Shown: positions 32,321-42,444 of the stretch, piece by piece
Numbering within the stretch: position 1 is the stretch's first letter
Layout of the letters: the number at the start of each line of letters is the position of its first letter
DNA from: Octadecabacter sp.
GTDB lineage: Bacteria > Pseudomonadota > Alphaproteobacteria > Rhodobacterales > Rhodobacteraceae
Reading direction: 5' to 3'
Assembly: GCA_028825445.1 (NCBI GenBank)
Contig: JAPKAD010000006.1
Coordinates: 39,877 to 103,876 of the forward strand
DNA: 64,000 bases
Notes under the pieces: model-generated
Databases searched by the model: none
What the model saw: the letters and a program-made list of their open reading frames with translations, nothing else
Told to the model about the DNA's origin: nothing
Made by a program: the position numbers and the translations under genes

Positions 32321-35251
32321 TTAGCCCAGAGCTGTATCGCAGCGCGCACAAACACCTGAATGACTGTACGTGCCAACGTCTGGCAAAGTCTTCCAGCAGC
32401 GTTCACATTTGCTTCCGTCAGCCATGGCAAACACCACGCCAACGCCTGCTGTGTCGTCCAAGCTGAAAGCACCATCCGGCATGTCACCCTGCACAATCGT
32501 GATCTGGCTGGTGATGCACAAGTCTGCGAACGTATCGGAGTTGGTGATGATAGCCGTCAGCTCCTCACTCAAATACACCGTCGGTGCAGCCTCCAACGAT
32601 GATCCTATAACCTTGGCCGTGCGCTGTTGTTCCAGCGCACCTGTCACGACACGACGCACTGCACGCACTTTTTCAGACCGTGTCGCCAGTTCATCATCGC
32701 ACCATTCACGTGGCGTGTTTGGAAAATCAACCAAATGCACCGATGTTTCCATGCCATTACGCTCCAACCAGACCTCTTCCATCGTAAACGTCAGGATCGG
32801 GGCCAACCAAGTTGTTAGCCTTGCGTACAGATGATCCAGCACGGTAAGCGCCGCGCGGCGGCGATCCGTATCGCAATCACAATACAGCGCATCCTTACGG
32901 ACATCGAAATAGAACGCCGACAGGTCGAGCGTGGCAAAATCGAAAATCGCACGGAACACTCCTTGGAAATCATACTTGACATAGCCCTCACGTACGACGC
33001 CATCCAAAACCGACAGTTTGTGTAGTATCAACTGCTCAAGCTCCGGCATGTCATCGCGTTCAACCGCCATCGAAACATCAAAATCCCCAAGTGACCCAAG
33101 CATATAGCGCAGAGTGTTTCGCAAACGGCGATAACTATCAGCCACACCTTTCAGGATCTCATCACCAATACGTTGATCGTTAGTAAAATCCACCTGTGCC
33201 ACCCAAAGCCGCAAGATATCCGCACCGTATTGCTGCACGATCTTTTCGGGAACTATGGTGTTACCGATAGATTTTGACATCTTCATGCCCTTTTCATCTA
33301 GCGTAAATCCATGGGTCAAAACCCCGCGATACGGCGCGCGACCAATGGTGCCACAGCCCTGCAACATGGATGAATGGAACCAGCCACGATGCTGGTCAGT
33401 ACCCTCAAGGTACAAATCAGCCAGTCCGTCTTCGGACCCGTCTTCACGATCTCGCAATGTAAACGCATGGGTCGACCCGCTATCAAACCAAACGTCCAGA
33501 ATATCCATGACCTGGTCGTAGTTATCATGTTTATGATCACCACCAAGGAATCGCGCCTTCGCACCGTCTCTATACCACGCATCTGCACCCTCAACTTCAA
33601 ACGCCTCAAGAACCCGCGCATTCACTTTTTGATCGCGCAACAGATAGTCATCGTCTGTCGGCTTCGCCCCTTTCTTGGTGAAACAGGTCAAAGGAACGCC
33701 CCACGCCCGCTGGCGTGACAGCACCCAATCAGGCCTACTTTCGATCATAGAATAAAGGCGGTTGCGCCCCTTTTGCGGCGTCCATGTCACCAACTCATCG
33801 ATTGAGCGCAACGCCCGTTCGCGGATCGTCGTACCATAAGTGTCTTGTCCGTCGCCAACTGCCTTATCTACCGCTGCAAACCACTGCGGCGTGTTACGAA
33901 AGATGATCGGCGCCTTGGAACGCCATGAGTGCGGGTAAGAATGCTTGATCTTGCCACGCGCCAACAGCCCACCAACTTCGGCCAACTTCACCATGACGGC
34001 AACGTTCGCATCGCCTTCCCAGTCGCCCTTCTTGGCTTTTTCGCGCAGAATGCGTTTCCCCCCAAAAAATGGTAGGTCTTCTCGGAATGACCCATCATCC
34101 ATGACGTTGTAAGTGATAACCTGCTGCAACATGCCTAGGTCGCGATAGAGCTCAAATTCCTCCATGCCGTGACTCGGCGCGCAATGTACAAAACCAGTGC
34201 CTTCATCATCGGTCACAAAATCAGCAGCACGAAAATCACGCAGATCATCCCATTCACTATTTGAACCTTCAGAACCCGCCAATGGATGCTTTAGGTCCAG
34301 TGTCGCCAACTCATCACCTGTTATATCGCGGACCCGGGTCCACATATCATCGTCTAGACGCGCATGCTTAAACACGTTCGACGCCAACTTATCTGCAAGC
34401 AAGAACCGCTCACCAACATCGGCCCAACATTCGTTTGGTGTCGATGTGATCTCGTACAACCCATAAGAATAACCTGCACCAAACACGACTGCCTTATTGG
34501 AAGGAATCGTCCACGGTGTCGTCGTCCAAATTACGACCTTTGCATCTTGCAAATCGCCTTCTGTGGCGACTTTAAACTTTACCCAAACAGTGAAGCTGTT
34601 CTTTTCATGGTACTCGACCTCAGCCTCGGCCAAGGCTGTTTCCTCAACCGGTGACCACATTACAGGCTTGGATCCTTGATAAAGCGTGCCGTTCATCAGA
34701 AATTTTTGAAATTCCTCAGCTATGACTTTTTCAGCATGAAAGTTCATTGTCAGATATGGCGTCTCCCAATTGCCGGTGATGCCAAGGCGCTTGAACTCCT
34801 CACGCTGGATTTTGACCCAGCCAGTAGCAAAATCACGACATTCCTGACGGAACTCCACTACATCAACAGCATCCTTATCTAGACCTTTTTCACGATACTT
34901 TTCCTCAATCTTCCATTCAATCGGTAGACCATGACAATCCCAACCAGGGATATAACGCGCGTCTTTACCCATCATCTGCTGGCTGCGGACAACCATGTCT
35001 TTTAGGATTTTGTTTAATGCATGGCCAATATGCAGATGCCCGTTTGCATAGGGCGGCCCATCGTGCAGCGTAAACGCCTTACGCTCTTCACTTGCCGCTT
35101 TCTCACGCAGCTTTCCATAAACATCCAACTCAGCCCAACGCGCCAACCATTCAGGTTCGCGTTTCGGTAATCCGGCTCGCATCGGGAAATCCGTTTTCGG
35201 CAGGTTCAACGTGGACTTATAATCTGGGGTAACGGTTGTATCGGCGCACAT
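32321..35251 (-). CDS. ileS: Isoleucine--tRNA ligase
   Basis: HIGH and KMSKS motifs, WTTTPWT editing motif, C-terminal Zn finger; start at ATG 35251 after an AAGGA SD. Confidence 0.98.
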   Translation of the reverse strand: MCADTTVTPDYKSTLNLPKTDFPMRAGLPKREPEWLARWAELDVYGKLREKAASEERKAFTLHDGPPYANGHLHIGHALNKILKDMVVRSQQMMGKDARYIPGWDCHGLPIEWKIEEKYREKGLDKDAVDVVEFRQECRDFATGWVKIQREEFKRLGITGNWETPYLTMNFHAEKVIAEEFQKFLMNGTLYQGSKPVMWSPVEETALAEAEVEYHEKNSFTVWVKFKVATEGDLQDAKVVIWTTTPWTIPSNKAVVFGAGYSYGLYEITSTPNECWADVGERFLLADKLASNVFKHARLDDDMWTRVRDITGDELATLDLKHPLAGSEGSNSEWDDLRDFRAADFVTDDEGTGFVHCAPSHGMEEFELYRDLGMLQQVITYNVMDDGSFREDLPFFGGKRILREKAKKGDWEGDANVAVMVKLAEVGGLLARGKIKHSYPHSWRSKAPIIFRNTPQWFAAVDKAVGDGQDTYGTTIRERALRSIDELVTWTPQKGRNRLYSMIESRPDWVLSRQRAWGVPLTCFTKKGAKPTDDDYLLRDQKVNARVLEAFEVEGADAWYRDGAKARFLGGDHKHDNYDQVMDILDVWFDSGSTHAFTLRDREDGSEDGLADLYLEGTDQHRGWFHSSMLQGCGTIGRAPYRGVLTHGFTLDEKGMKMSKSIGNTIVPEKIVQQYGADILRLWVAQVDFTNDQRIGDEILKGVADSYRRLRNTLRYMLGSLGDFDVSMAVERDDMPELEQLILHKLSVLDGVVREGYVKYDFQGVFRAIFDFATLDLSAFYFDVRKDALYCDCDTDRRRAALTVLDHLYARLTTWLAPILTFTMEEVWLERNGMETSVHLVDFPNTPREWCDDELATRSEKVRAVRRVVTGALEQQRTAKVIGSSLEAAPTVYLSEELTAIITNSDTFADLCITSQITIVQGDMPDGAFSLDDTAGVGVVFAMADGSKCERCWKTLPDVGTYSHSGVCARCDTALG

Positions 35252-35341
35252 GTGGAGCGTCCTTCGGGTCAGACATTTCAAAAATTTTATTAGGCTTCGG
35301 TGCGGATCAAACAAACACCTTTCATCCTACGCGTGCGCAGG

Positions 35342-35392
35342 TCACAGCGCCGGCGATATAATTCGAGTGATCTGGATCATGCACGCATTCAT
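35342..35392 (-). CDS. Putative Ile-rich leader peptide of ileS (MNACMIQITRIISPAL)
   Basis: 16 codons with 4 Ile (ATC, ATC, ATT, ATA); stop 90 nt upstream of ileS. Confidence 0.6.
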   Translation of the reverse strand: MNACMIQITRIISPAL

Positions 35393-35398
35393 AATCGA

Positions 35399-35427
35399 CT
35401 TATAGGCATGCCTGATGCTGTGGTAAA
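35399..35427 (-). promoter_or_regulatory. sigma70-like promoter for the ileS leader
   Basis: TTTACC-17 nt-TATAAG, then 6 nt to the uORF ATG. Confidence 0.5.
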
Positions 35428-35942
35428 GTGCGCCTTTGATCGTGCCTCGTAACCACTACCTTTACTCCGCTGCTTGTACTCTCATACTTATGGCCAGTGC
35501 ATAAGTGGTTTACAATTTGTGCACTGTGATCTCGTCAGACCAAGCACCCGCGCCCGAATAATCCTTAATGCTCTTTGTCAAGCGATACGAGATCATCTCT
35601 ACCCCCGATCAAATGCATGTCACTCTTCTACGCCGATCTGAGGTCATGGAGGACGGTCCAAAAGACACTTTTTTCCAAAACTCCACCTCAACCAACTCTA
35701 GGTTGCTGGCTTCAAAATGATTTATGTATAAATCGCTTCAGTAAAGACGCCCGTTTCGCGTCATCACAGCTTTGCAACGTACCTAAAAACTTATCAAAGC
35801 TGCCCCAATCAAACAATCTCGCCTTCAGCACTTGGCATTCTTAAAAAAGGTAGCTGAACCTATCTGAAAAACCCATTTTTACTTATTAAAAATTCAGCTC
35901 CTAGGTCAGCGTCGCAGCTAACTTTCACATCACCAACAAGGT

Positions 35943-35970
35943 AAAAAGGGACCGCCTAACGGCAGTCCCC
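35943..35970 (-). terminator. Intrinsic terminator after ubiK
   Basis: Minus strand GGGACTGCC-GTTA-GGCGGTCCC-TTTTT. Confidence 0.85.
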
Positions 35971-36002
35971 GTCCAATAAAATATTGTTCATAACAGAACT
36001 GT

Positions 36003-36245
36003 TTATTTTTTTTCTTCCAGATTTTTGATACGTAATATAAGTTTAGCGTTTTCATCGCGAGCTTTTTGCGACATTTTACGGACTGCTTCGAATTCCTCAC
36101 GAGTGACAAAATCACGATCAGCTAGCCATCGATCCAACAAGGACGACATCGCAGTCTGCGCTTCGTCCTTTGCGCCTTGGGCCACGCCCATTGCATTGGT
36201 CATGAGTTGTGAAATATCGTCAAAGACTTTATTGCGGCTCTGCAT
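36003..36245 (-). CDS. ubiK: UbiK/BMFP family accessory factor
   Basis: DFVTREEFEAV plus C-terminal coiled coil; divergent from lgt. Confidence 0.85.
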   Translation of the reverse strand: MQSRNKVFDDISQLMTNAMGVAQGAKDEAQTAMSSLLDRWLADRDFVTREEFEAVRKMSQKARDENAKLILRIKNLEEKK

Positions 36246-36347
36246 GGGTTACCTCCTGATACTATTTGTTCATATGGTAAACCTTGTCCCTAAATCAACC
36301 CTGCTAGCTTGGTTGACATCGACGCGCCCTACGTCAAAACAGTAACT

Positions 36348-37274
36348 ATGTTGGCAACCATTTCCTTCCCCGATATTTCACCGGTGATCTTCGCAATCAC
36401 ACTATTTGGTTTTACCTTCGCACTACGTTGGTATGCCATGGCTTATATAGTTGGTATCATCATCGGCTGGTGGGTAGCTACGCACGCTGGTAAGCGAATC
36501 AACCTTTGGTCAGATCACACCCCTCCCTTAACACGTGACCAGATTGAAGACCTGCTTACGTGGGTTATTGTTGGCGTTATTGCGGGGGGGAGGTTCGGGT
36601 ACGTGCTGTTTTACGGCAATGGACAATTCACAAATGAACCGATGTCGATCTTTCGAATCTGGGACGGTGGCATGTCATTTCATGGTGGCTTTATTGGTGT
36701 GTGTGTGGCTGTTATCGTTTGTTCTCGCCGCTATGGCGCAGCTCTAGGCGATGTTGCCAACATCTTAGCACTTACTGCGACACCAGCAATTTTCTTAGTT
36801 CGAATTGCGAATTTCATTAATGCGGAACTTTGGGGACGCCCAACGGACTTGCCGTGGGGAATTGCATTTCCATCCATGTGTGTTGATCCTTCGCGTCAGC
36901 TTTGCACAGTCGTTGGCGAATGGTTTTTTTATGGCGACGAACCTACACGTCATCCAAGCCAGCTTTATGAAGCGGGGCTTGAGGGACTGTTACTGGGCGC
37001 AATCATTTTTATTCTCGCATTCCAGTGCGGCTGGTTAAAACATAAATGGTCACTCGTCGCTGTGTTTTTGCTAGGCTACGGTTTATCACGTTTTGCTGTG
37101 GAATTTGTTCGCCAACCTGATCTTCAATTCACTAATGCAGACAATCCTGTCGGCTGGGCCTATGATTTTGGGGCTTGGGGCCTAACCCAAGGCCAAGCGC
37201 TATCGATACCGATGATCCTAGGTGGCTTGATCGTTATCATCCTTACCCGTCCCAGAAAAAAATTGCACACATGA
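36348..37274 (+). CDS. lgt: Prolipoprotein diacylglyceryl transferase
   Basis: LRWY, GGRFGYVLFY, GGMSFHGG, RIANFINAELWGR, RHPSQLYE. Confidence 0.96.
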   Translation: MLATISFPDISPVIFAITLFGFTFALRWYAMAYIVGIIIGWWVATHAGKRINLWSDHTPPLTRDQIEDLLTWVIVGVIAGGRFGYVLFYGNGQFTNEPMSIFRIWDGGMSFHGGFIGVCVAVIVCSRRYGAALGDVANILALTATPAIFLVRIANFINAELWGRPTDLPWGIAFPSMCVDPSRQLCTVVGEWFFYGDEPTRHPSQLYEAGLEGLLLGAIIFILAFQCGWLKHKWSLVAVFLLGYGLSRFAVEFVRQPDLQFTNADNPVGWAYDFGAWGLTQGQALSIPMILGGLIVIILTRPRKKLHT

Positions 37275-38365
37275 CCGCGCTCCGCGATCTGGTAGCTGCG
37301 CGTATCGAAACCACTGGGCCAATAACGCTGGCGGACTACATGGCCGATGCGTTAATGCATCCCGAATACGGCTACTACGCTACACGTGATCCGCTTGGTA
37401 TGGCAGGTGATTTTACTACTGCGCCAGAAATCAGCCAGATGTTTGGTGAAATTATAGGGCTATCATTGGCGCAAGCCTGGATAGACCAAGGCCAGCCCAG
37501 CATCTTCGCACTTGTAGAACTAGGCCCAGGTCGTGGCACTTTGATGGCTGACATACTGCGCGCCACGGCAAAAGTGGCGGGCTTTATCGACGCAGCACAA
37601 ATTCACCTTATCGAAACCTCCCCAGCACTTCGCAAGGAACAAGCAGCGCGCGTTTCCCCCCCAAGGTCTAAAATAACTTGGCATGACGATGTTAGCACAC
37701 TGCCCAATCTTCCACTTTTTCTCATAGCCAATGAATTCTTTGACGCTTTGCCAATCCGCCAATTTTCTCGCGCCACTCATGCAGACGGAGACGGCTGGCG
37801 TGAAATGCAAATTGGGCTCCAAGACGACGCACTAGTTCCTGGCCTATCCACCGCTGCTCCAATAACCTTTCTGGAACACCGCTTAAGCGACACCAAAGCG
37901 GGCGACGTTGTCGAACACTGCCCAGCATTGGCGGCAATTTCAGAAGATATTGCTATTCGCATCGCGATTCATGGAGGGGTTGCCCTAATCCTTGATTACG
38001 GTGACTGGCGTTCGCTTGGCGACACGCTGCAAGCCCTGCTAAATCATGCAGCAACCGACCCCTTTGTAAACCCAGGCCAAGCGGACATCACTGCGCATGT
38101 AGATTTCGAAGCCATCGCAATTGCCGTAACATCGACAAATGTCGACACGAGGTACACGCGTCTCACTACACAAGGCGTGTTTCTAGAACGTCTCGGCATT
38201 ACACAGCGCGCAAAAACACTTGCCAAAAAGCTAAGCGGTGACGCGCTTAGTGCACATATCGCTGCACACCGCCGCTTAACGCATCCATCAGAAATGGGTT
38301 CGCTGTTCAAAGTAATGGGACTCTATCCCTCCAACGCGCCGACCCCTGCAGGATTGGAACCATGA
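37271..38365 (+). CDS. MidA/NDUFAF7-family SAM-dependent methyltransferase
   Basis: GDFTTAPEISQMFGE, ELGPGRGTL, ANEFFDALP, DITAHVDF. Confidence 0.92.
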   Translation: MTALRDLVAARIETTGPITLADYMADALMHPEYGYYATRDPLGMAGDFTTAPEISQMFGEIIGLSLAQAWIDQGQPSIFALVELGPGRGTLMADILRATAKVAGFIDAAQIHLIETSPALRKEQAARVSPPRSKITWHDDVSTLPNLPLFLIANEFFDALPIRQFSRATHADGDGWREMQIGLQDDALVPGLSTAAPITFLEHRLSDTKAGDVVEHCPALAAISEDIAIRIAIHGGVALILDYGDWRSLGDTLQALLNHAATDPFVNPGQADITAHVDFEAIAIAVTSTNVDTRYTRLTTQGVFLERLGITQRAKTLAKKLSGDALSAHIAAHRRLTHPSEMGSLFKVMGLYPSNAPTPAGLEP

Positions 38366-39129
38366 CACTAGAAATTATCACAGCCAACAGTCTCGCGCCC
38401 CTACGCCACGGCTTTTTCACACGGCGTGGTGGCGCGTCGTCAGGAATCTTTAAGGGCTTGAACTGCGGCACGGGAAGCTCTGATCAACATGATGTCGTCA
38501 CAATCAACCGCACTCGCGTTGCAAATGAGATGGGCGTGTCCCTGGCTGCACTAATGGGCGTCCACCAAATCCATTCTACAGAAGTTATCACTGTAACGCG
38601 GCCAACCACTAACCGTCCCAAGGCTGACGCTCTTGTCACAGCGACGCCTGGCATCGCACTGTCTGTTTTGACGGCTGATTGCCAGCCCGTTTTGTTTGCT
38701 GACCACGAGGCAGGTGTAATTGGTGCAGCACACGCAGGTTGGAAGGGGGCGCTTAATGGTATCTTGGAGGAGACGCTAGACGCAATGGAAGCATTAGGTG
38801 CTGACCGTGATAACATCCACGTCGTCATTGGCCCTTCCATCAGTCAAAACGCTTATGAAGTCGGACCAGAGTTTTTTGAAAATTTCGTATCAGAAAATCC
38901 AAGTTTTGCACAATTTTTTACACTTTGCAAAAATGATAAATTCCTATTCGACCTACCAGCCTTAGGCTTACATATTCTGTGGCAGGCGGGTGTCAAATCA
39001 GCTGAATGGACGCACCACTGTACTTACGCAGACACCAATCGCTTCTACAGTTACCGTCGCGCGACCCATTGCAAAGAAGCCGACTACGGACGTCTTATCG
39101 CCGCAATCACTTTGGGGCCAGCAGGATAA
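38362..39129 (+). CDS. pgeF: Peptidoglycan editing factor PgeF (YfiH)
   Basis: HGFFTRRGG, QIHS, TADCQP, HAGWKG, FYSYRR. Confidence 0.93.
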   Translation: MTLEIITANSLAPLRHGFFTRRGGASSGIFKGLNCGTGSSDQHDVVTINRTRVANEMGVSLAALMGVHQIHSTEVITVTRPTTNRPKADALVTATPGIALSVLTADCQPVLFADHEAGVIGAAHAGWKGALNGILEETLDAMEALGADRDNIHVVIGPSISQNAYEVGPEFFENFVSENPSFAQFFTLCKNDKFLFDLPALGLHILWQAGVKSAEWTHHCTYADTNRFYSYRRATHCKEADYGRLIAAITLGPAG

Positions 39130-39568
39130 TCTTTACAATAATGTGGCAAGACCTGCAGACTCTGTGCCCAACTAAAATCAAAAAATTACATATATAAGAG
39201 GAAATATTTAAAAATATACAAGTCATTCTTACTTAATAAACGCGTTACAGCTAAGCCAGATTTTTAATAAAAAATTCTATGTTTCAGACGCTGCTACACA
39301 TAAATATACTCAAAACTTTCGTATCCAATTTTTTGCATGACTTTTACGCAATTATATTTAAATTGTTTTTTTGCTCTAAGTGTACCTGGTTTTTTTCCAT
39401 ACGTCAAAATGATTGAGGGTTATGGGCTGTTGATACATTGGCGCAGGCAAGCTTATGATATGGACATTAAAGTTGTGACCTAACCGCGCATAGTAAGTAA
39501 TGGAATGAATAGGTCTTAATTGTTAAAGTTAAAATCGCTTTGATTAAATTTAGCTTAACGAGTCTTTT

Positions 39569-40078
39569 TTAGACGCTCCTTTTCAGGCGTTCCTCAAGCA
39601 CATCAAACGGCACACCAGGTTCGTCTTTAGCACCACGTATCACCAGAGATGTCTTGACGCTAGCTACATTTTCCGCCGAAGTAAGCTGTTCCGTAAGGAA
39701 ATTTTGAAATGTGCGCAAATCAGGTGCAACACATTTTAGTACAAAATCAACTTCGCCATTTAGCATGTGACATTCGCGGACCAGCGGCCAGCTTTTGCAT
39801 TTTGTCTCAAATGCACCCAAATCAACCTCAGCCTGTGACATCAGCCCAACCATAACAAAAACTTGTACTTCAAATCCAAGTTCACGGGCGTTTACCTCCG
39901 CGTGATAGCCACGAATGAACCCTTGTTCTTCCAGAGTGCGGACACGTCGCAAACACGGGGGCGCAGAAATACCAACTCGCCTGGCCAATTCAACGTTGGT
40001 CATTCGACCATCCGCTTGCAACTCGGACAATATCATCCGGTCAATGTCATCTAATTTTTGCCCAGGCATGTTGCGCAT
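39569..40078 (-). CDS. Lrp/AsnC family regulator (start may be 40069)
   Basis: LDDIDRMILSELQADGRMTNVELARRVGIS.PPCLRRVR. Confidence 0.92.
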   Translation of the reverse strand: MRNMPGQKLDDIDRMILSELQADGRMTNVELARRVGISAPPCLRRVRTLEEQGFIRGYHAEVNARELGFEVQVFVMVGLMSQAEVDLGAFETKCKSWPLVRECHMLNGEVDFVLKCVAPDLRTFQNFLTEQLTSAENVASVKTSLVIRGAKDEPGVPFDVLEERLKRSV

Positions 40079-40241
40079 ATCCCCTTTTCACCGTCGTAAT
40101 TCATACGCTGAACGCAGACCCTGCGCAACAAAATTTCACGATGCCACAACATTCCTTCAAAACATGATAAGTCAGTGCCCCCCCTTTTACCCGCCTACGC
40201 GCGGACGTATACGACCGATAACTTTAAAAGGATCCCAGCAC

Positions 40242-41183
40242 ATGGCCAAGACACATAAAACCAAAGTTCTTATCATTGGCTCCGGCCCCGCGGGATATAC
40301 CGCAGGGGTCTACGCAGCTCGTGCCATGGTAAACCCAATCCTCGTGCAAGGAATCGAACCGGGTGGCCAGTTAACAACTACGACTGAGGTTGAAAACTGG
40401 CCCGGTGACACGGAGGTCCAAGGCCCTGATCTGATGATCAGGATGGAAGCACATGCCCGCACGATGGGCTGTGAAATCATTGGCGACATCATCACAAGCG
40501 TCGATTTCCTTAAGCGTCCGTTTATCTGCCAATCCGATAGCGGCAATGTGTACGAAGCTGATGCAATTATCCTTGCGACAGGAGCAAGAGCAAAATGGCT
40601 TGGCTTGGCTTCCGAAGAGAAATTTAAAGGCTTTGGCGTTTCAGCATGCGCTACGTGTGACGGCTTTTTTTACCGTGGCCAGGAAATTATAGTCATCGGT
40701 GGTGGGAATACTGCTGTCGAAGAAGCGCTATTTCTTACTAATTTTGCATCCAAAGTGACGCTAGTCCATCGCCGCGATGAATTGCGCGCTGAAGCGATCC
40801 TAATTGATCGTCTGATGAAGAACCCTAAAATCGTACCCCTATGGGATCACCAACTGGAAGAAGTCTACGGCGGTACAAATCCGCTGGGTGTCGAAGGCGT
40901 CAAAGTGAAACACGTCAAAACTGGCAAAATTACTGATATTACTGCCAAAGGCGTTTTCATTGCAATCGGCCATGCTCCGTCTAACGAATTGGTCAAAGAC
41001 GTACTAGAAACCCATATGGGCGGCTATATTGTGACAAAACCAGATAGCACCGAAACTTCAATTCCAGGCGTATTTGCGGCAGGGGATCTAACCGATTACA
41101 AATATCGCCAAGCGGTGACATCCTCAGGTATGGGTTGTATGGCTGCACTTGAGGCAGAGCGCTTTTTAGCTGAACAAGAATGA
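40242..41183 (+). CDS. trxB: Thioredoxin reductase
   Basis: GSGPAG, CATCDG, GGGNTA, HRRD, AAGD; start at ATG 40242. Confidence 0.97.
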   Translation: MAKTHKTKVLIIGSGPAGYTAGVYAARAMVNPILVQGIEPGGQLTTTTEVENWPGDTEVQGPDLMIRMEAHARTMGCEIIGDIITSVDFLKRPFICQSDSGNVYEADAIILATGARAKWLGLASEEKFKGFGVSACATCDGFFYRGQEIIVIGGGNTAVEEALFLTNFASKVTLVHRRDELRAEAILIDRLMKNPKIVPLWDHQLEEVYGGTNPLGVEGVKVKHVKTGKITDITAKGVFIAIGHAPSNELVKDVLETHMGGYIVTKPDSTETSIPGVFAAGDLTDYKYRQAVTSSGMGCMAALEAERFLAEQE

Positions 41184-41208
41184 TTGAAGGCTACTGTCAG
41201 GCTACTAT

Positions 41209-41985
41209 ATGGATTTTAAACCAACTACCTTGGGTAGCAAACCTACGCCTGCCACGGTCATGAAAATCAGTCTCCAGACCAAACTTATAAACACATCCTA
41301 TACGGTTCTAAACATCATCATATTTACAATAATTTCTACTCTGCCTTTGTGGTGGGCATTAATGCACCCCAGCATAAAAATAGGTCTAATTTTCTTTTTT
41401 GCATTGCTCATTTCGGCCTGGCTGTTTGTTGCCCGCAACACTACGTATCCGCCTTTTTCCAGTTAAAGTAATGCTAAATAAATAGCATTCTTTGCTGGTA
41501 AGTGATCATCAGAGCTTCGTAGTGAACTTCGAAGGGATATGAAAACAGCTATTCTAGATGATAGCAATATCTACTACTTAGGCCGTACAAATAAATTGAA
41601 TGCGCAGCCGCCGTGCATGATCGCTAAGCAACTTTGGTAGGACGGATATCAAAAAGTTTTTTTAATGCAAATATTTTTTACATACTCAGCGAGCATGACG
41701 CCTTTCCAACGCAGCAGGGACACTCAATTGCGCTGCTGAAAGACATTTCGGACCAGGTGCTAGTGAAATCTATGTCTTACCCAGTGGGGTACAAGCGGAT
41801 GTATACATTCTTGAGAGTATGAAACATCTGCCTCCTCATTTGTTGAGATCAACGACACGTTTCATGATTACACGAGAAAGTACCTATCCATGATAAAAGT
41901 AAACCTGTGGAGAAAAGTATGGCATCAAAAAAATGAGGCTAAACTATCACAATATCGCCTGCACAAGCCAATTCGATTAAATTAA
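41209..41985 (+). pseudogene. Membrane-anchored NYN/PIN-like ribonuclease domain protein, multiply disrupted
   Basis: Hydrophobic N-terminus, then across frames TAILDDSNIYY (~41545), FFNANIFY, EIYVLPSGVQADVYIL (~41765) and NDTFHDY (~41851), in the NYN order DGSN / FDAN / ADxxIL / NDxFRD. Confidence 0.72.
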
Positions 41986-42081
41986 ATGCCTCACGTGTAA
42001 GTACTGAGTGATAAACTTTCTCACTTTAGCAGCCAAGTGATTTAGCACCACCATAACAACTCACTTTTTTTCAAAAAATCC

Positions 42082-42109
42082 AAAGTTTGTTCTGTAATGA
42101 ACAAACTTT
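42082..42109. promoter_or_regulatory. Perfect inverted repeat, candidate operator
   Basis: AAAGTTTGTTC-TGTAAT-GAACAAACTTT, 41 nt upstream of the wHTH ATG. Confidence 0.55.
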
Positions 42110-42150
42110 TTATATATGTTAGATGTAGAAAAAACACCGAGCCTCAACTA

Positions 42151-42444
42151 ATGTCTATTTCGCCCGCAAACATCACGACCGAGCAAGAAGACCAAATGTT
42201 TCGACTGCTTCGGCAGATCGACCTCGCTCCTAACGCGTCACAGCGCGTAATAGCTTTGGCGATTAGCGTTTCATTGGGTCGGCTTAACGCATTGTTACGG
42301 GTAGCCACTAAGACAGGCCTTGTATGTATCTCTGCTCGCAACAGCACTGATAAGCGCGCGCGTTTCGCCTATGGAGATCACCATGCGTGGGGGTGCCGAA
42401 AAGAGCCGACTTACCGAAAAGTTTCTTGCGCGCAAATTGGCTGA
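42151..42444 (+). pseudogene. MarR-type wHTH domain (EPS-associated MarR-like), frameshifted at ~42373
   Basis: FRLLRQI...SQRVIALAISVSLGRLNALL...GLV...KRARFAY; the continuation EITMRGGAEKSRLTEKFLARKLAEYDAL is in the sat frame. Confidence 0.8.

Noticed and set aside
35252-35430. T-box riboswitch for ileS
   Set aside because: No T-box consensus or terminator; a uORF explains the region better.
39915-40241. Long N-terminal extension on TrxB (likewise PurK, TolR, the MidA-like gene, RuvA, PpaC)
   Set aside because: Artefacts of taking the first possible start; they overlap neighbouring genes, and downstream starts match family N-termini.
42365-42385. Programmed ribosomal frameshift joining wHTH and Sat
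   Set aside because: No slippery heptamer, homopolymer run or adjacent stop; a fixed insertion or read error is more likely.
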